From Bdellovibrionota bacterium (GTDB taxonomy: Bacteria > Bdellovibrionota > UBA2428), in contig JAWKOD010000003.1 in the NCBI GenBank assembly GCA_041391385.1, positions 263,360 to 327,359 on the forward strand: a stretch of 64,000 nt of DNA, given 5' to 3'. The notes beneath the pieces were generated by a model. The model saw nothing but the letters and a program-made list of their open reading frames with translations, was not told the origin of the DNA and searched no databases. Of this stretch, positions 20,768 to 31,138 are shown piece by piece; the first letter of the stretch is position 1; the number at the start of each line of letters is the position of its first letter. The translations under genes and the position numbers were made by a program.

Positions 20768-23151
20768 TTAAGCGCTCTTCTTAATATCTTCTACGTGTAC
20801 TACATTAGTAGCTTTCGTACCACCTTTGGGCTTCTTAGGTTTTTTAGTGTTTTTATTCGATCCAGTATCATAAGATCCTGAGCTATCATCAACACCTTCC
20901 AACACAAAGTAGGAATAACGTGACAAGAAAAGTTTCATTTCCGAAGTAACTCGTTGGAGCTTACTTATCTTAAGCTTTTTTGCGTTGCTGCAAATTACAG
21001 ACACGCCAGAATAGCGCGATAAATCTGCAGCATCAGGGCCTAATAAACAAGGGGCGGTATGAATAAAGATATAGTCATACTCTTTACCTAATACCTGAAT
21101 TAGATCTAAAAACCTTCTGAGGCCAATCGACGAACAGCTGGAAGTGCCGCTCCGTCTCCCGTCAAGACTTGCAAGTTGCGTTCTAGTTCAACAGGTTTAA
21201 TATCAATATCTCCTCTATGAGAATAAACCCCCTCTAAGCCTCCTGACAATGGAACGCCCGTTAGACGTGAAATATAATTCGACTCTAAATCCGCATCTAT
21301 AATCAAAGTTTTACGTCCTGTACGAGCATAGTATGTTGCTAAATTATACAAAATGGTTCCCGAAAGAGCTGGCGTGTCCTCGCTCGTGAATAACACAACC
21401 TTACTCTTTATAAATGTCAGAATGTTGCCAAGATTTATACCAATTCGAGAATAAGCCAGTGTCGTTTTCTTATCTATATTACTATGTGGATCTGCATTTC
21501 CAAGCAAGAAAGCCTCACTCGCTGGAAGACCACCCAGTACAGGCACTCCCAATTCTTCAAAAACTTGCACATTACGTAATGAGTGGTCTCGAGTTTCTAC
21601 AGTAAATCCGGCAAAAAGACCTAGAAGACCGCCTAAAAATAGAGACAGGATTGCGAGGCTTGCAATTGGCATAATTGTTTTTTCTTCAATTGGTCCAGCG
21701 AAAAACTCTAAGCGCCTCACGGACTTAAAATCTGCAAAGTCCAAACGCACAGAGGCCATATCAAGTGTGCTTACAAGGTTTTCTTTAGTAAGCAATGCTC
21801 TCTCTAATTGTAACTTCTCAGACTCTTTAGTCAATCTTGTATTTATCTGATCCCTTAACTGGTAAAGAGTTTCCTCTAGCTTAGCGGCCTTCGCCGAAAA
21901 GTATGCTGCATTATCTTTTAAGTTGTTAACAGTTTCAACTTTCTCCATCAGCCTAACTTCTTGATTGATTGCAGTATCTCCCGCAGTCAAAGTATCTTGA
22001 ATCTTAAATCCACCTTTACTTAATTCACTTAATCTTTGCAAAGTATCGTTGAGCTGAGCATTCATTTGCCGCATACTCTCGCTGCTCTCATGAACACCCT
22101 GAACTCGAGCCAAGCTCTTTTGCTGAACCAGGCCAGCTGCCTCTTGACGCAAAATATTTAACTCATCCCGACTTTTTTCAGCATCATTCATAGACAGCAC
22201 TTTGTCTTGAATATCTTTCATCAACCAGTTGTAACGACTCACCAAAGAAGCATTGCCCACAATGGACGCCCTTACGGCTTGTAATGCTGAATCCACACCT
22301 TGATATGTTTCAAAAGTTGTAGCTGGGGTCTCACTTTGAATTTTAGCCAAACGAAGATTCATCTCATCAACTTCTTTTCGTTTTTCTTGCAATAGCCCAG
22401 AGACTAATTGCCTTGCAGCATTGACGTCATCAACTTCGCGCTTAGCTAGAAAATCGCTTGTTAAACGTTGCAAAATATCGGAGATTTCTTCTGCGGCCTC
22501 AGGAGTTTTTGCTTTTATCAAAACCTTAAAGCGCCCCCCGCCCGAAGATAAAAGACTTTTAGCGCCACTCCCAACTACGGGCGTAACATCCACATTCTTG
22601 CTCATAAATTCTAATAAATGAGCATATGCTTCGGGGTCTTTTTTTAATTCCGAAAAAGCACTAAGTTCAAATGCGGATTTCATTTTTGGATCATCAGAAG
22701 CTTTTTCTAAAATTAATTTTAAAAAGTCATCTGACTTAAGCGCATGAATTGCGCGTGCCGCATACTCTGCAGGGCTATCCCAGCTTACTTTAGAGTCAGA
22801 TGGCAACAAGTTATCTAAGTATTGAAACAAGGAATTGTTCTCATAGTTGTTATATTGAGCAATGCTTTCTCTCTGATACCAAGTCCCCTTGTAAAGAAAA
22901 AGTACCGCCATAGCTGACATGCTCAAAAACAAAACCGAAAAAACCACACCTTTGTGGCGCCACGCTTTACGAAATACATCCAGTATTGAAATATCTTCTA
23001 ATTCCGACGAAGCTGGCGCACCATGCTCTGTTTTTGCATGACGAGACCTTACACTCGTATTCCTAAGTACCTGTAGAGTACGCGTAATTTCTTTTTCTCT
23101 CATAACATGCGACTCATCGGTAGAAAGCGTTAAGAGTTTAACAAGAAACAA
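20768..23151 (-). CDS. Wzc-like polysaccharide co-polymerase (PCP-2) with a C-terminal BY-kinase-like domain. It is frameshifted at about 21106, and its Walker motifs are degenerate.
   Basis: It has TM1, a periplasmic coiled-coil region of about 400 aa, TM2 and then a P-loop-like domain. The ORF track splits it at 21106. Translating through the split in the adjacent frame gives …SIGLRRFLDLIQVLGKEYDYIFIHTAPCLLGPDAADLSRYSGVSVICSNAKK…, which continues the BY-kinase fold into ORF 20768..21004. The Walker A region reads TSEDTPALSGTILYN, with no GK[ST]. The Walker A' IIDADL is present. Walker B reads YDYIFIHTAP, with His where Asp is expected. Confidence 0.7.
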
Positions 23152-23364
23152 AACTACTCTTTACAAAAAAATTCCCTTAAGTAGAGCTAAGTTCTTGATA
23201 AGATTAAAAAGACTAATCTTTCTAAGCGGCATCTCTTTGACTGCAGGTAAGCGATAGCCAAAAAAGCTAATGACTCGATATAAAATAGAAAAAGCTAATT
23301 ATTAAGTAATGTAAGTAGCACTCTTATGAGCCAAGTAATTGTGTCTATTGCCAATTTTTGCACA

Positions 23365-23856
23365 CTAGCCACTCATTTTAGAGAGCTTCTCATAATGATC
23401 CTTATTTCGGGACTTAAATTGCTTAGCAGGTGATCCGCCAACAATTGCAAGCGGCTCTATGTCGGAAACAACGACAGAGCCAGCCTGTATAATAGCACCA
23501 TCACCAACTGTAACACCACCAAGAATTATAACCCTGCTACCAATCCAAACATTATTACCAATTGAAATTTTACGAACAATATATTCATTATCATATGGTA
23601 GCTTCTTAGCATTTTCATAACTATGAATATCCGTAATAAAGAGGCACTCTTTTCCGCTATGAAAATTATCACCTATTCCGACGACGCCTTTTCCGTCAAT
23701 TTCCAAACCATTAAAACGACAATTTCTTCCCAAAAAAGTGTTTTTTGTTAACTTGCATCTGCCATTTATTGTTGGGAATTCTTTAAAATTATTTCGGAAC
23801 TGTAAATTATACAATTTCCAAGGTATTGATAATAGCCTTCTAATAAACTTTCCCAT
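23365..23856 (-). CDS. Hexapeptide-repeat (left-handed beta-helix) sugar O-acetyltransferase
   Basis: Repeated [LIV]GxxxxI hexapeptides ([31 protein letters not shown]) and a 163-aa length typical of WbbJ/NeuD-like enzymes. Confidence 0.75.
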   Translation of the reverse strand: MGKFIRRLLSIPWKLYNLQFRNNFKEFPTINGRCKLTKNTFLGRNCRFNGLEIDGKGVVGIGDNFHSGKECLFITDIHSYENAKKLPYDNEYIVRKISIGNNVWIGSRVIILGGVTVGDGAIIQAGSVVVSDIEPLAIVGGSPAKQFKSRNKDHYEKLSKMSG

Positions 23857-23894
23857 TAAAATCTCCTTAACTCATTTTCTGCCTTCGCAAACTA

Positions 23895-24988
23895 TCAGCC
23901 AAAAATCCAGTACCTGCCATCAAAAAGATTAAAAAGAACCCATGATGTAAAAAGTAGTAAACAATGCACTTGTATTGAACTGGTATACGTAAATAAATAA
24001 AAAACCATAGTATTTGGAGAGATTTTAAAGCGACTCAGTAATGCTAAAGCAATAAAAAGTATAATCATATGTAAAAATGCACCCGCATACCCAAGATTGG
24101 CAAATCCATCGGACGCAAATCCATTATTAGCGCTAATCATACTGGTGTTAAAATAACGAACTCCAACAACATAGGGGAGTATTTCCAAAATCATTACTCA
24201 AACCCGATAGAAAACTATGACTATACCGCATATAGTTATCGCTAAAAGTTTGAACGTAATACTCATTTAAAATTGCTGGTAAGATTAGCAATCTTCTAAC
24301 AAAAAGAGACTGTAGCAAATCCACTCCAGACACAAGATAAGTAGCATAAGAGGTAACCATTAAACTCAAAAAACCATAAATAAACTTTTTTTATTTTTAG
24401 ACTCAGAAACTACCTTGACCTGAAAACAACAACAAAACAATTGTAGAGAAAAGAACTGATTTATGTGCGCTAGTTAAGTATAAATACAGCATACCCAGAA
24501 CACCAAGACATATAAACCACCCCTTTCTTCTTCCAATTCCATAAACTAAAAGTAATGGTAAAAATATCTTACTTGCCCAACTATACAAGTAGCGTGAAAA
24601 ATTGATTACGTGACCCAGCAGCTTCGTCTCGAATGTCGTAAATCGCTTCAAGGAATAGCGCATTCAAGTTAACTTGAAAACCATGAATAACAAAGAAGTA
24701 CATTAAGGAAAAAACAGCTAACAATATTACTATAGCGTTTTTATTTTTTTCCGGTACGCTAAACATCGGCACCCTAAAACACAAACTTCCAACATATAAA
24801 AATAAGTATATAAAAATGATATAGAGAATCGGAAAAAATAGTGCAAATCCTGTTGTAGAATAAAGCGAAATACTCGGTATGACCATAAGGAATGAAAACA
24901 TATGGCAAAAAGTAGCTAAAACAGTATCCTGTTTTGGTACGCAATTATTTGAAACAAGCATCACCATTAAAACAAGCCCCACTAGCAT
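23895..24988 (-). CDS. Wzy-like O-antigen/EPS polymerase or ligase, fragmented into at least four overlapping ORFs (multiple frameshifts)
   Basis: ORFs 24581..24988, 24403..24663, 24148..24369 and 23895..24194 are all highly hydrophobic polytopic segments. The last carries a Wzy_C-like motif (SANNGFASDGFANLGYAGAFLHMIIL). The total span of about 1.2 kb suits a 400-aa Wzy, and the region is very AT-rich with many homopolymers. Confidence 0.45.
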
Positions 24989-25296
24989 ATCTCCAATATC
25001 AAAAACGATTCGCCACCAATGGGTAAGGATACAAATTATCGAAATGAACTAATAAGAAATAACAAAGAAAAATATGCAAAAAGAAAGTAACAAATTACAG
25101 TTAACACACGATCCAAACGTACTGAATTGCCTTTAGTCATTTCATCACTTATCTATATTCAACAAATCCATTCGTGAGCACACTCAATAAAGTATATTAG
25201 CTTAATGGGCTGGCCCAAATGTCATATGACCGTCGTTTTCCAACTAAAGAATAAATTCAGTAACTCAACACCTGGACTCTTTTCGTCAATTTGACG

Positions 25297-26004
25297 TTAC
25301 TCTCTTTTTTCACCTTTGATAAAGACAATTTTAAGAGTCCCTAAAAAGATTTGAAAATCCCGGAACAAACTCATTTGCTCAATGTACTGATTGTCCCTTT
25401 GGAGCTTCTCAGCAGGAGTCATATTGAGATCTCCACTTATTTGCCAAGGGCCTGAAATTCCCGGGCGAATTGCGTAGCGTGCAGCCAGTGCTCGCGTAAC
25501 CTCATAATTTTCTTCGTAAATATAAGGACGTGGTCCGATAAGATTCATCTCACCCTTAATTACATTAAAAAACTGAGGCAACTCATCCCATTTATACTTA
25601 CGTAAAAAACGCCCCACCCCTCCTTCTACGCGAGGATCATCAATAATTTTCTCCATCGGCCTATAGCCCATTTTTACTACACGGGGGGCATTATTCATCA
25701 TGGTGCGAAATTTGTACGTATAAAAGGGCCTTCCATTCAAACCAATACGTTTTTGTTTTACTAAAACTGGCGCTCCAGATTTAATAAAAATTACTAACGC
25801 AACAAGCATCATAGGGATACCCAAGATCAGTAATAGAATGCAAGACCAAAATGTTTCATTGATTAATTTAAATTTGTAATAAAGGGGTAACTTTTCCTGA
25901 ATTAGAAAAAGTTCATTCTGAAAATCAAGAGCCTCTTTAAGAGTTCTATCGTCAAGCAATTGACCATTGTTAGCACTACGAAGAAATCGAGACTGCACTG
26001 CCAT
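25297..26004 (-). CDS. Initiating undecaprenyl-phosphate sugar phosphotransferase (bacterial sugar transferase family, WbaP/PglC-like)
   Basis: One TM helix followed by the conserved C-terminal domain (GLNGRPFYTYKFRTM…DELPQFFNVIKGEMNLIGPRP). Confidence 0.85.
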   Translation of the reverse strand: MAVQSRFLRSANNGQLLDDRTLKEALDFQNELFLIQEKLPLYYKFKLINETFWSCILLLILGIPMMLVALVIFIKSGAPVLVKQKRIGLNGRPFYTYKFRTMMNNAPRVVKMGYRPMEKIIDDPRVEGGVGRFLRKYKWDELPQFFNVIKGEMNLIGPRPYIYEENYEVTRALAARYAIRPGISGPWQISGDLNMTPAEKLQRDNQYIEQMSLFRDFQIFLGTLKIVFIKGEKRE

Positions 26005-26162
26005 GTAGAGAGTATCGGCAAAAAAAAGAAAAAGAAAATTAAAAAATCAATAAGTGAATTGAGGGTTCCAGAGCCAGTATTTTTACACGTTACTACTCAA
26101 ACCATTTTCCTAGGCTGGGGGCCAAATCTATGACACACAAACCACAAATCAATGCGAAAAGA

Positions 26163-27470
26163 CTACTTAGGTTGGTTGAGTTTTGAGCGATAAAGATCAA
26201 ACACCGAATGAAAGCGCTTACCTACACTTTCCCAATAGTAATTTTCACTAACTACTTTGATGCCTTTCATGCCCAAACTAGACCAGTCAGAACTGCTAGC
26301 TTTAAGAATTTTAATGCATTCTGCCGCAAAAGCATCACTTTCGTTACAAACAGCAAAGCCACTTTGCTCAGCATTTACTATACCTCTCGCAGAAAGCTCA
26401 GTAGAGACTACAGGGATACCGTACTTCATCGCTTCGAATAGTTTTGTCTGCACCCCACTGCCAGATAACATAGGTGCTACGAATAATTTTGCCTCTTGAA
26501 TCAGCAACTCAATATCGTCAACAAAACCTGGAAGAATTATTGATTCATCTACTTCAACAAGGGATTCAATCCCTGGCGTTGGATTCTTACCAATAACAAA
26601 GAATTTTGTGTCGGGCACTTCGCTTTTTATGCGCGGATAAATATTTGAAACGAAATGCAAAACCGCTTCCTCATTATGTGGCACATTTAGTATTCCGATA
26701 AAAAGAATAACATTCTCTCGCGGCTGATGTGACGCAAGAGCATACTTAGGGGGATTTGTGCCGTTAGGCGCCCACTCAATATTCCCCATGCCGGAGACCT
26801 CGCGTAGCAATTCTACCTCTGCAGGCGAAACTAATGTTATGAGATCAAAGTGCTTTGGAATAGCTTTTTCTGCTTTTTCAACCAATTGCATTTCAAAATT
26901 AAGCAGCAATCTTTTTGCCCAGGAAACATTCAAGATCGCCATTATCAGCGTCCAAAACCGTGAAGAGTATTGACCCATGATAGAGCTAATTTGCTTAGTT
27001 TTTTTGCTCTGCTGCCTGTAACGAATTGAAAACAAATCAGCCAACTCGCAAACTAATAAATTATTTAAGCGAGGTCGGTAAAGCGACATCCTAACAAGCT
27101 CACAGAGTACGATGTCGGGATTAACTTCTTTTACAATTTGATAAATACTTTTATCCAAGGCTTTTGACCAATATAAGTAGCATTGCATAGGTGCTCGCTG
27201 CAGTACCAAGGAATACAAAAGGACATTAAAGATCTGTTTAGCAACTGAAGGTTGCTTTAGAATTATTAACCGCTCTAAAAAATTTGGCCTTGGGAAATTT
27301 TCTGGAGCATCATTAGTGACACAGACAAGGGTGATTTTGTATCCATATTTTTCGTATAGACATTTTAAATAATTTTCAATTACTCGGCCACGTGCCTCTG
27401 TCGAGGCTATAGGAAACTTTGGAGAAATAAACACTAGCTTGCAATCATTCATAATATAATTGCCTACCAA
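26163..27470 (-). CDS. GT-B fold glycosyltransferase (family 1/4-like)
   Basis: C-terminal Rossmann half with an E-x7-E-like region (…FVAPMLSGSGVQTKLFEAMKYGIPVVST…), 435 aa. Confidence 0.65.
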   Translation of the reverse strand: MVGNYIMNDCKLVFISPKFPIASTEARGRVIENYLKCLYEKYGYKITLVCVTNDAPENFPRPNFLERLIILKQPSVAKQIFNVLLYSLVLQRAPMQCYLYWSKALDKSIYQIVKEVNPDIVLCELVRMSLYRPRLNNLLVCELADLFSIRYRQQSKKTKQISSIMGQYSSRFWTLIMAILNVSWAKRLLLNFEMQLVEKAEKAIPKHFDLITLVSPAEVELLREVSGMGNIEWAPNGTNPPKYALASHQPRENVILFIGILNVPHNEEAVLHFVSNIYPRIKSEVPDTKFFVIGKNPTPGIESLVEVDESIILPGFVDDIELLIQEAKLFVAPMLSGSGVQTKLFEAMKYGIPVVSTELSARGIVNAEQSGFAVCNESDAFAAECIKILKASSSDWSSLGMKGIKVVSENYYWESVGKRFHSVFDLYRSKLNQPK

Positions 27471-28798
27471 CTTAAACCAATATAATTATCTTTACTCCTC
27501 AGGTCGGGGTGAATGCGAACTAAATCAATGTAAGTCTTATCTGGAAACTGCTTAAGAGTGTGCAGAAAACAATCTTCCCGATAACTAAAAACAATAACTT
27601 TAGAGTCCGAAACCACTTTCTCTAAATCATCTGATATTAACTCGCTTAAGTGAGGTAATCTTCGTTCAATTTCTTCTTTGTTTTTTCCCGTAAGTTTGGA
27701 GAGATGCACATACTTGTCGTAAATACGAACAATGTGTCCCTTGCCGATAAGACGCTCAGCAAGTTCAACTGCAGGGCTATTTCGCAGGTCATCCGTTCCC
27801 ACCTTAAAACTTAAACCTAAAATTGCAATTTCTGATTTGCCTTGATCCACAATAAGCTTTAGCGCATTTTCCATATGAAATTTATTACTAACTTCAATAT
27901 TTTCAAGAACTGGCGACTTTAGATATGCATCGTGTGACATTGCATTCAACCCACCCAAATCCTTTGGTAGACATGAACCACCATAGGCAAAACCAGGAAG
28001 GAAATATTTAGAAGAAATATTCAACCTGGTGTCTGCGCAAAAAAGTCTCATTACTTCGTGAGAGTCCAGAAGAAGAGACTTACAAACGTTTCCAACCTCA
28101 TTAGCAAAGGTAATTTTCAATGCGTGGTAGGAGTTGTTAACATATTTTATAATCTCGGCAACCCCTGGTTGAACGAACTCAATTTTACCTCCTAAAGGTG
28201 AATAAAGTTTTGAAAAAATCTCTTGTGCTTTTTTAGACTCCGTTCCCACTACAGTTAAGCAAGGGTTTAGATAATCCTCAACGGCAGAGCCTTCACGTAA
28301 TAATTCAGGATTCGAAACGACTGCAAAGTCTTCGCCATTTCTCTTACCCGACTCTGCAGCAATTATTTTAGCAACTTCATTATTTGTCCCTGGTCTGACC
28401 GTGCTGCGTATAGCAATAGTATGAAAGCTTTTCTTGCTGCGTAAAGCAGCGCCTATTTGCTTTGCAACGCCGTAAATGCCTGACAAGTTCAAATGTCCGT
28501 TATTGTCGTTAGGAGTCCCGACACAAATAAAAGAAACATCACTTTTAAGGACAGCTTCGGTGGAGTCACTAGTAGCGGAAATAAGCCCCTTTTCGTAACC
28601 TACTTTAATTAAGTTATCTATATTTTTTTCAACTATGGTCGCAAGTCCTCTGTTAATCTGATTTATTTTTAACAAATTAACATCTACCCCAATTATTTTA
28701 TGTCCCTGATGAGACAAGCAACCAATTCCTACGCAACCTACGTAACCCAACCCAAATATACTTATATCCATTTGTGTACTACTCCTCTCATTGCCCAA
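27464..28798 (-). CDS. Nucleotide-sugar dehydrogenase (UDP-glucose/GDP-mannose dehydrogenase family; WecC/WbpA-like)
   Basis: N-terminal Rossmann motif ISIFGLGYVGCVG, catalytic Cys region GGSCLPKD, 444 aa. Confidence 0.8.
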   Translation of the reverse strand: MGNERSSTQMDISIFGLGYVGCVGIGCLSHQGHKIIGVDVNLLKINQINRGLATIVEKNIDNLIKVGYEKGLISATSDSTEAVLKSDVSFICVGTPNDNNGHLNLSGIYGVAKQIGAALRSKKSFHTIAIRSTVRPGTNNEVAKIIAAESGKRNGEDFAVVSNPELLREGSAVEDYLNPCLTVVGTESKKAQEIFSKLYSPLGGKIEFVQPGVAEIIKYVNNSYHALKITFANEVGNVCKSLLLDSHEVMRLFCADTRLNISSKYFLPGFAYGGSCLPKDLGGLNAMSHDAYLKSPVLENIEVSNKFHMENALKLIVDQGKSEIAILGLSFKVGTDDLRNSPAVELAERLIGKGHIVRIYDKYVHLSKLTGKNKEEIERRLPHLSELISDDLEKVVSDSKVIVFSYREDCFLHTLKQFPDKTYIDLVRIHPDLRSKDNYIGLSW

Positions 28799-28914
28799 TA
28801 GCTTTAGTTTAAACCATAAACCACTTTGACCTAGTCTGAGCAGAGACGAAGGTAGTTAATGTTCCGTCAAAAAAGTGGCTTATATTTAGTAAGAAGGCGA
28901 TCGCCGAAGAAATG

Positions 28915-30078
28915 TTACTTTGCCGTACTTAGAAGATGAGAATAGAATTCACGAAGAACACCCATCCCGCCTCGTCTCTCCAACTGTAGAATGCCAGGAA
29001 TACTTTTAATGGTGTCAATAGCATTATCTGGGCAGGCCTTAAATCCAACTGCACAAAGAAGATCGTAGCAATTCATATCATCGCCCACATAGGCAACTTG
29101 CGATATGTTTATTTTCAACTTTTCGCAAAGCTCTTGTACAACTTCTAGCTTATTCTCTACTCCCATGTATAAATGATCAACTTTCAATTTTTTAGCTCTT
29201 CGTTTTACAAGTTCGGAATTCTCGGACGTTATTAGTCCCGTTTGTATACCATGCTCATGTAAGAGGCGCAAAGCAACTCCATCATAAGTGCTGAATCGTT
29301 TAAGCTCATCGCCTTTTTCAGAATAATACATACTTCCGTCGGTCAAGACGCCATCGACATCGGAGAGAAACAACTTCAAAGTCCCAGCCAACAAGCACTG
29401 ACCAGTGTTTCTCAAATGGCGTTTAAACAATTCTTCAACAATAACCCAATCAGAAGGTTCATCTATCTCAAAATAAGAATCTTCAGTCATTTCAAAAATT
29501 TCAATTTTCCCGGACAGACGATTATTGTTTTTAATAATATTTTGAGCACTATTAATGTAGAAAGCTCCATTTTCCACAAAGCATCCTGCAAAATCCTGCC
29601 TACGAGGTCTCTGGGTATAATCATAATTAATTGGCCGTCCACTCTTGCTCCACAAGAACCGCTTATTACGACACACTGAAAGTAAAGAATCTGCTTTTTT
29701 TTTCAATAACAATTTGAGAGCTTCGCTTAAATCTTTCGCCGTTGTAAATGGATTCGTTGCTTGAGCGAGTATAATCCGAGTATCTCCCTTTTCCTTACTT
29801 ACTTCAAGATACTCCAGCAATACAGATTCAGTAGATGCCTTATTTGTCGCATTTGCTGGTAATCTTCTATAGACAACAAGCTTTTTAAATCCAAAACTGA
29901 GGACGATTTTTTCTATCTCAGAAGAATCTGTAGCTATGACTATTTGATCAACATCAGCGCATCGCTCACACGCTAGCAAGAGCCAATAAACTAGTGGCTT
30001 GCCGGCCAAAAGCTTAATGTTCTTTAAAGGTATGGACTGACTTCCTCCTCTAACTGGAACAAAGGCAATTGTTCTCAA
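28915..30078 (-). CDS. Bifunctional CMP-sialic acid synthetase (NeuA/KdsB-type cytidylyltransferase) fused to a HAD-family KdsC-like sugar-phosphate phosphatase
   Basis: N-terminus FVPVRGGSQSIPLKNI matches the 'ipARgGSKgipgKN' cytidylyltransferase motif. The C-terminal ~150 aa carry the HAD motif I DVDGVLTDG plus motifs III/IV (…YVGDDMNCYDLL…), as in the KdsC/YrbI family. Confidence 0.7.
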   Translation of the reverse strand: MRTIAFVPVRGGSQSIPLKNIKLLAGKPLVYWLLLACERCADVDQIVIATDSSEIEKIVLSFGFKKLVVYRRLPANATNKASTESVLLEYLEVSKEKGDTRIILAQATNPFTTAKDLSEALKLLLKKKADSLLSVCRNKRFLWSKSGRPINYDYTQRPRRQDFAGCFVENGAFYINSAQNIIKNNNRLSGKIEIFEMTEDSYFEIDEPSDWVIVEELFKRHLRNTGQCLLAGTLKLFLSDVDGVLTDGSMYYSEKGDELKRFSTYDGVALRLLHEHGIQTGLITSENSELVKRRAKKLKVDHLYMGVENKLEVVQELCEKLKINISQVAYVGDDMNCYDLLCAVGFKACPDNAIDTIKSIPGILQLERRGGMGVLREFYSHLLSTAK

Positions 30079-30959
30079 GCTGCTTTCTTTTCCCTATACT
30101 TAAGCTTATCGCGCTGAATCTGCTCGATGCTGAGTATCTCAGCTTGCTTATAACTTAACGCTTTATGAGTAGCATTTAGATCGCGACAGAGCTTCTGCAT
30201 GCCAGCTGGCTCTAGAGAAGCTGCATGGTCAGTACCTTTCCATGTTCGGTCTTTCGTAAAGTGTCGCTCGATTATAGTTGCCCCTAATGCATATGCCGCA
30301 ATATCAATAGCAATCCCCAAATGATGTCCAGAAAAAGCAATTGATTTTACTCGTGACTTATACTTATCTGTTAAACGCGAGATTTCCAATAGGCAAACAT
30401 CTTCAAAGGGAACAGGATAACCCGAAGTGCAAGAGTAAACAACCAAACGATCTTTCGCTTGATTTTTCTCTTCAAAAATCTGAACAAATTTCTCAATCTC
30501 TGAAAGTGACGTCATTCCTGTAGAAATATGAACTTCACCACTATATGAGTCTCTTAGTAATTCCATCATCTGCAAATGATTGTTACAGGCAGATGGAACC
30601 TTGATGAAATCAGGTTTGAGGCCGATGATTTCTTTAGCTGAAGAAAGGTCCCAAACCGAGGTCGAATAAACTATGCCAATTGATTCACAATACTTTTTGA
30701 GTTCAGCATGTTGAGTGACCGTAAACTCCAAAAATTCACGATGCGCGCCATACGTCGTTCCGTAAGCATGAGAAGGATTTGGATGTGGAGCGTTGTATTG
30801 ATCCTCAGTCAGTAGCTCTTTGGAATTTCTTTTTTGAAACTTCGCAGCATATGCACCGCAAGCTTTCGCTAGCATGATCAGCTCCTTTGCTGTTTCAAAT
30901 TCCCCACGATGATTACAACCAATTTCGGCAATTACTTTCGGCCTATTGTCTATTTTCAT
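30075..30959 (-). CDS. NeuB-family nonulosonic acid synthase (sialic acid / Kdn-9-P synthase-like). It is the short form without a C-terminal SAF domain.
   Basis: N-terminus VIAEIGCNHRGEFETAKELIMLAKACGAYAAKFQK matches the NeuB TIM-barrel signature. At 294 aa it ends before a SAF domain would begin. It is translationally coupled to the NeuA::HAD gene. Confidence 0.7.
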   Translation of the reverse strand: MKIDNRPKVIAEIGCNHRGEFETAKELIMLAKACGAYAAKFQKRNSKELLTEDQYNAPHPNPSHAYGTTYGAHREFLEFTVTQHAELKKYCESIGIVYSTSVWDLSSAKEIIGLKPDFIKVPSACNNHLQMMELLRDSYSGEVHISTGMTSLSEIEKFVQIFEEKNQAKDRLVVYSCTSGYPVPFEDVCLLEISRLTDKYKSRVKSIAFSGHHLGIAIDIAAYALGATIIERHFTKDRTWKGTDHAASLEPAGMQKLCRDLNATHKALSYKQAEILSIEQIQRDKLKYREKKAA

Positions 30960-31138
30960 AACTCCCCCTACTGGCTACATGCCAATAGAGGTATCGTCAA
31001 CGACGTACCTTAACTTTAGAAATTCAGTCAATATTACAGCTATCTTAGCCATTAATAGCTGCTAGACTTAACACAAGATACCCAGTGAAAACGTTCACCT
31101 GAATGTCAAAGTTTTGGCAAGCAATTTAGGATGTGTAA

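Noticed and set aside
20768-21004. 78-aa ORF called as a separate small gene
   Set aside because: It is the out-of-frame continuation of the Wzc BY-kinase domain across the frameshift at 21106 and has been merged into the Wzc-like feature.
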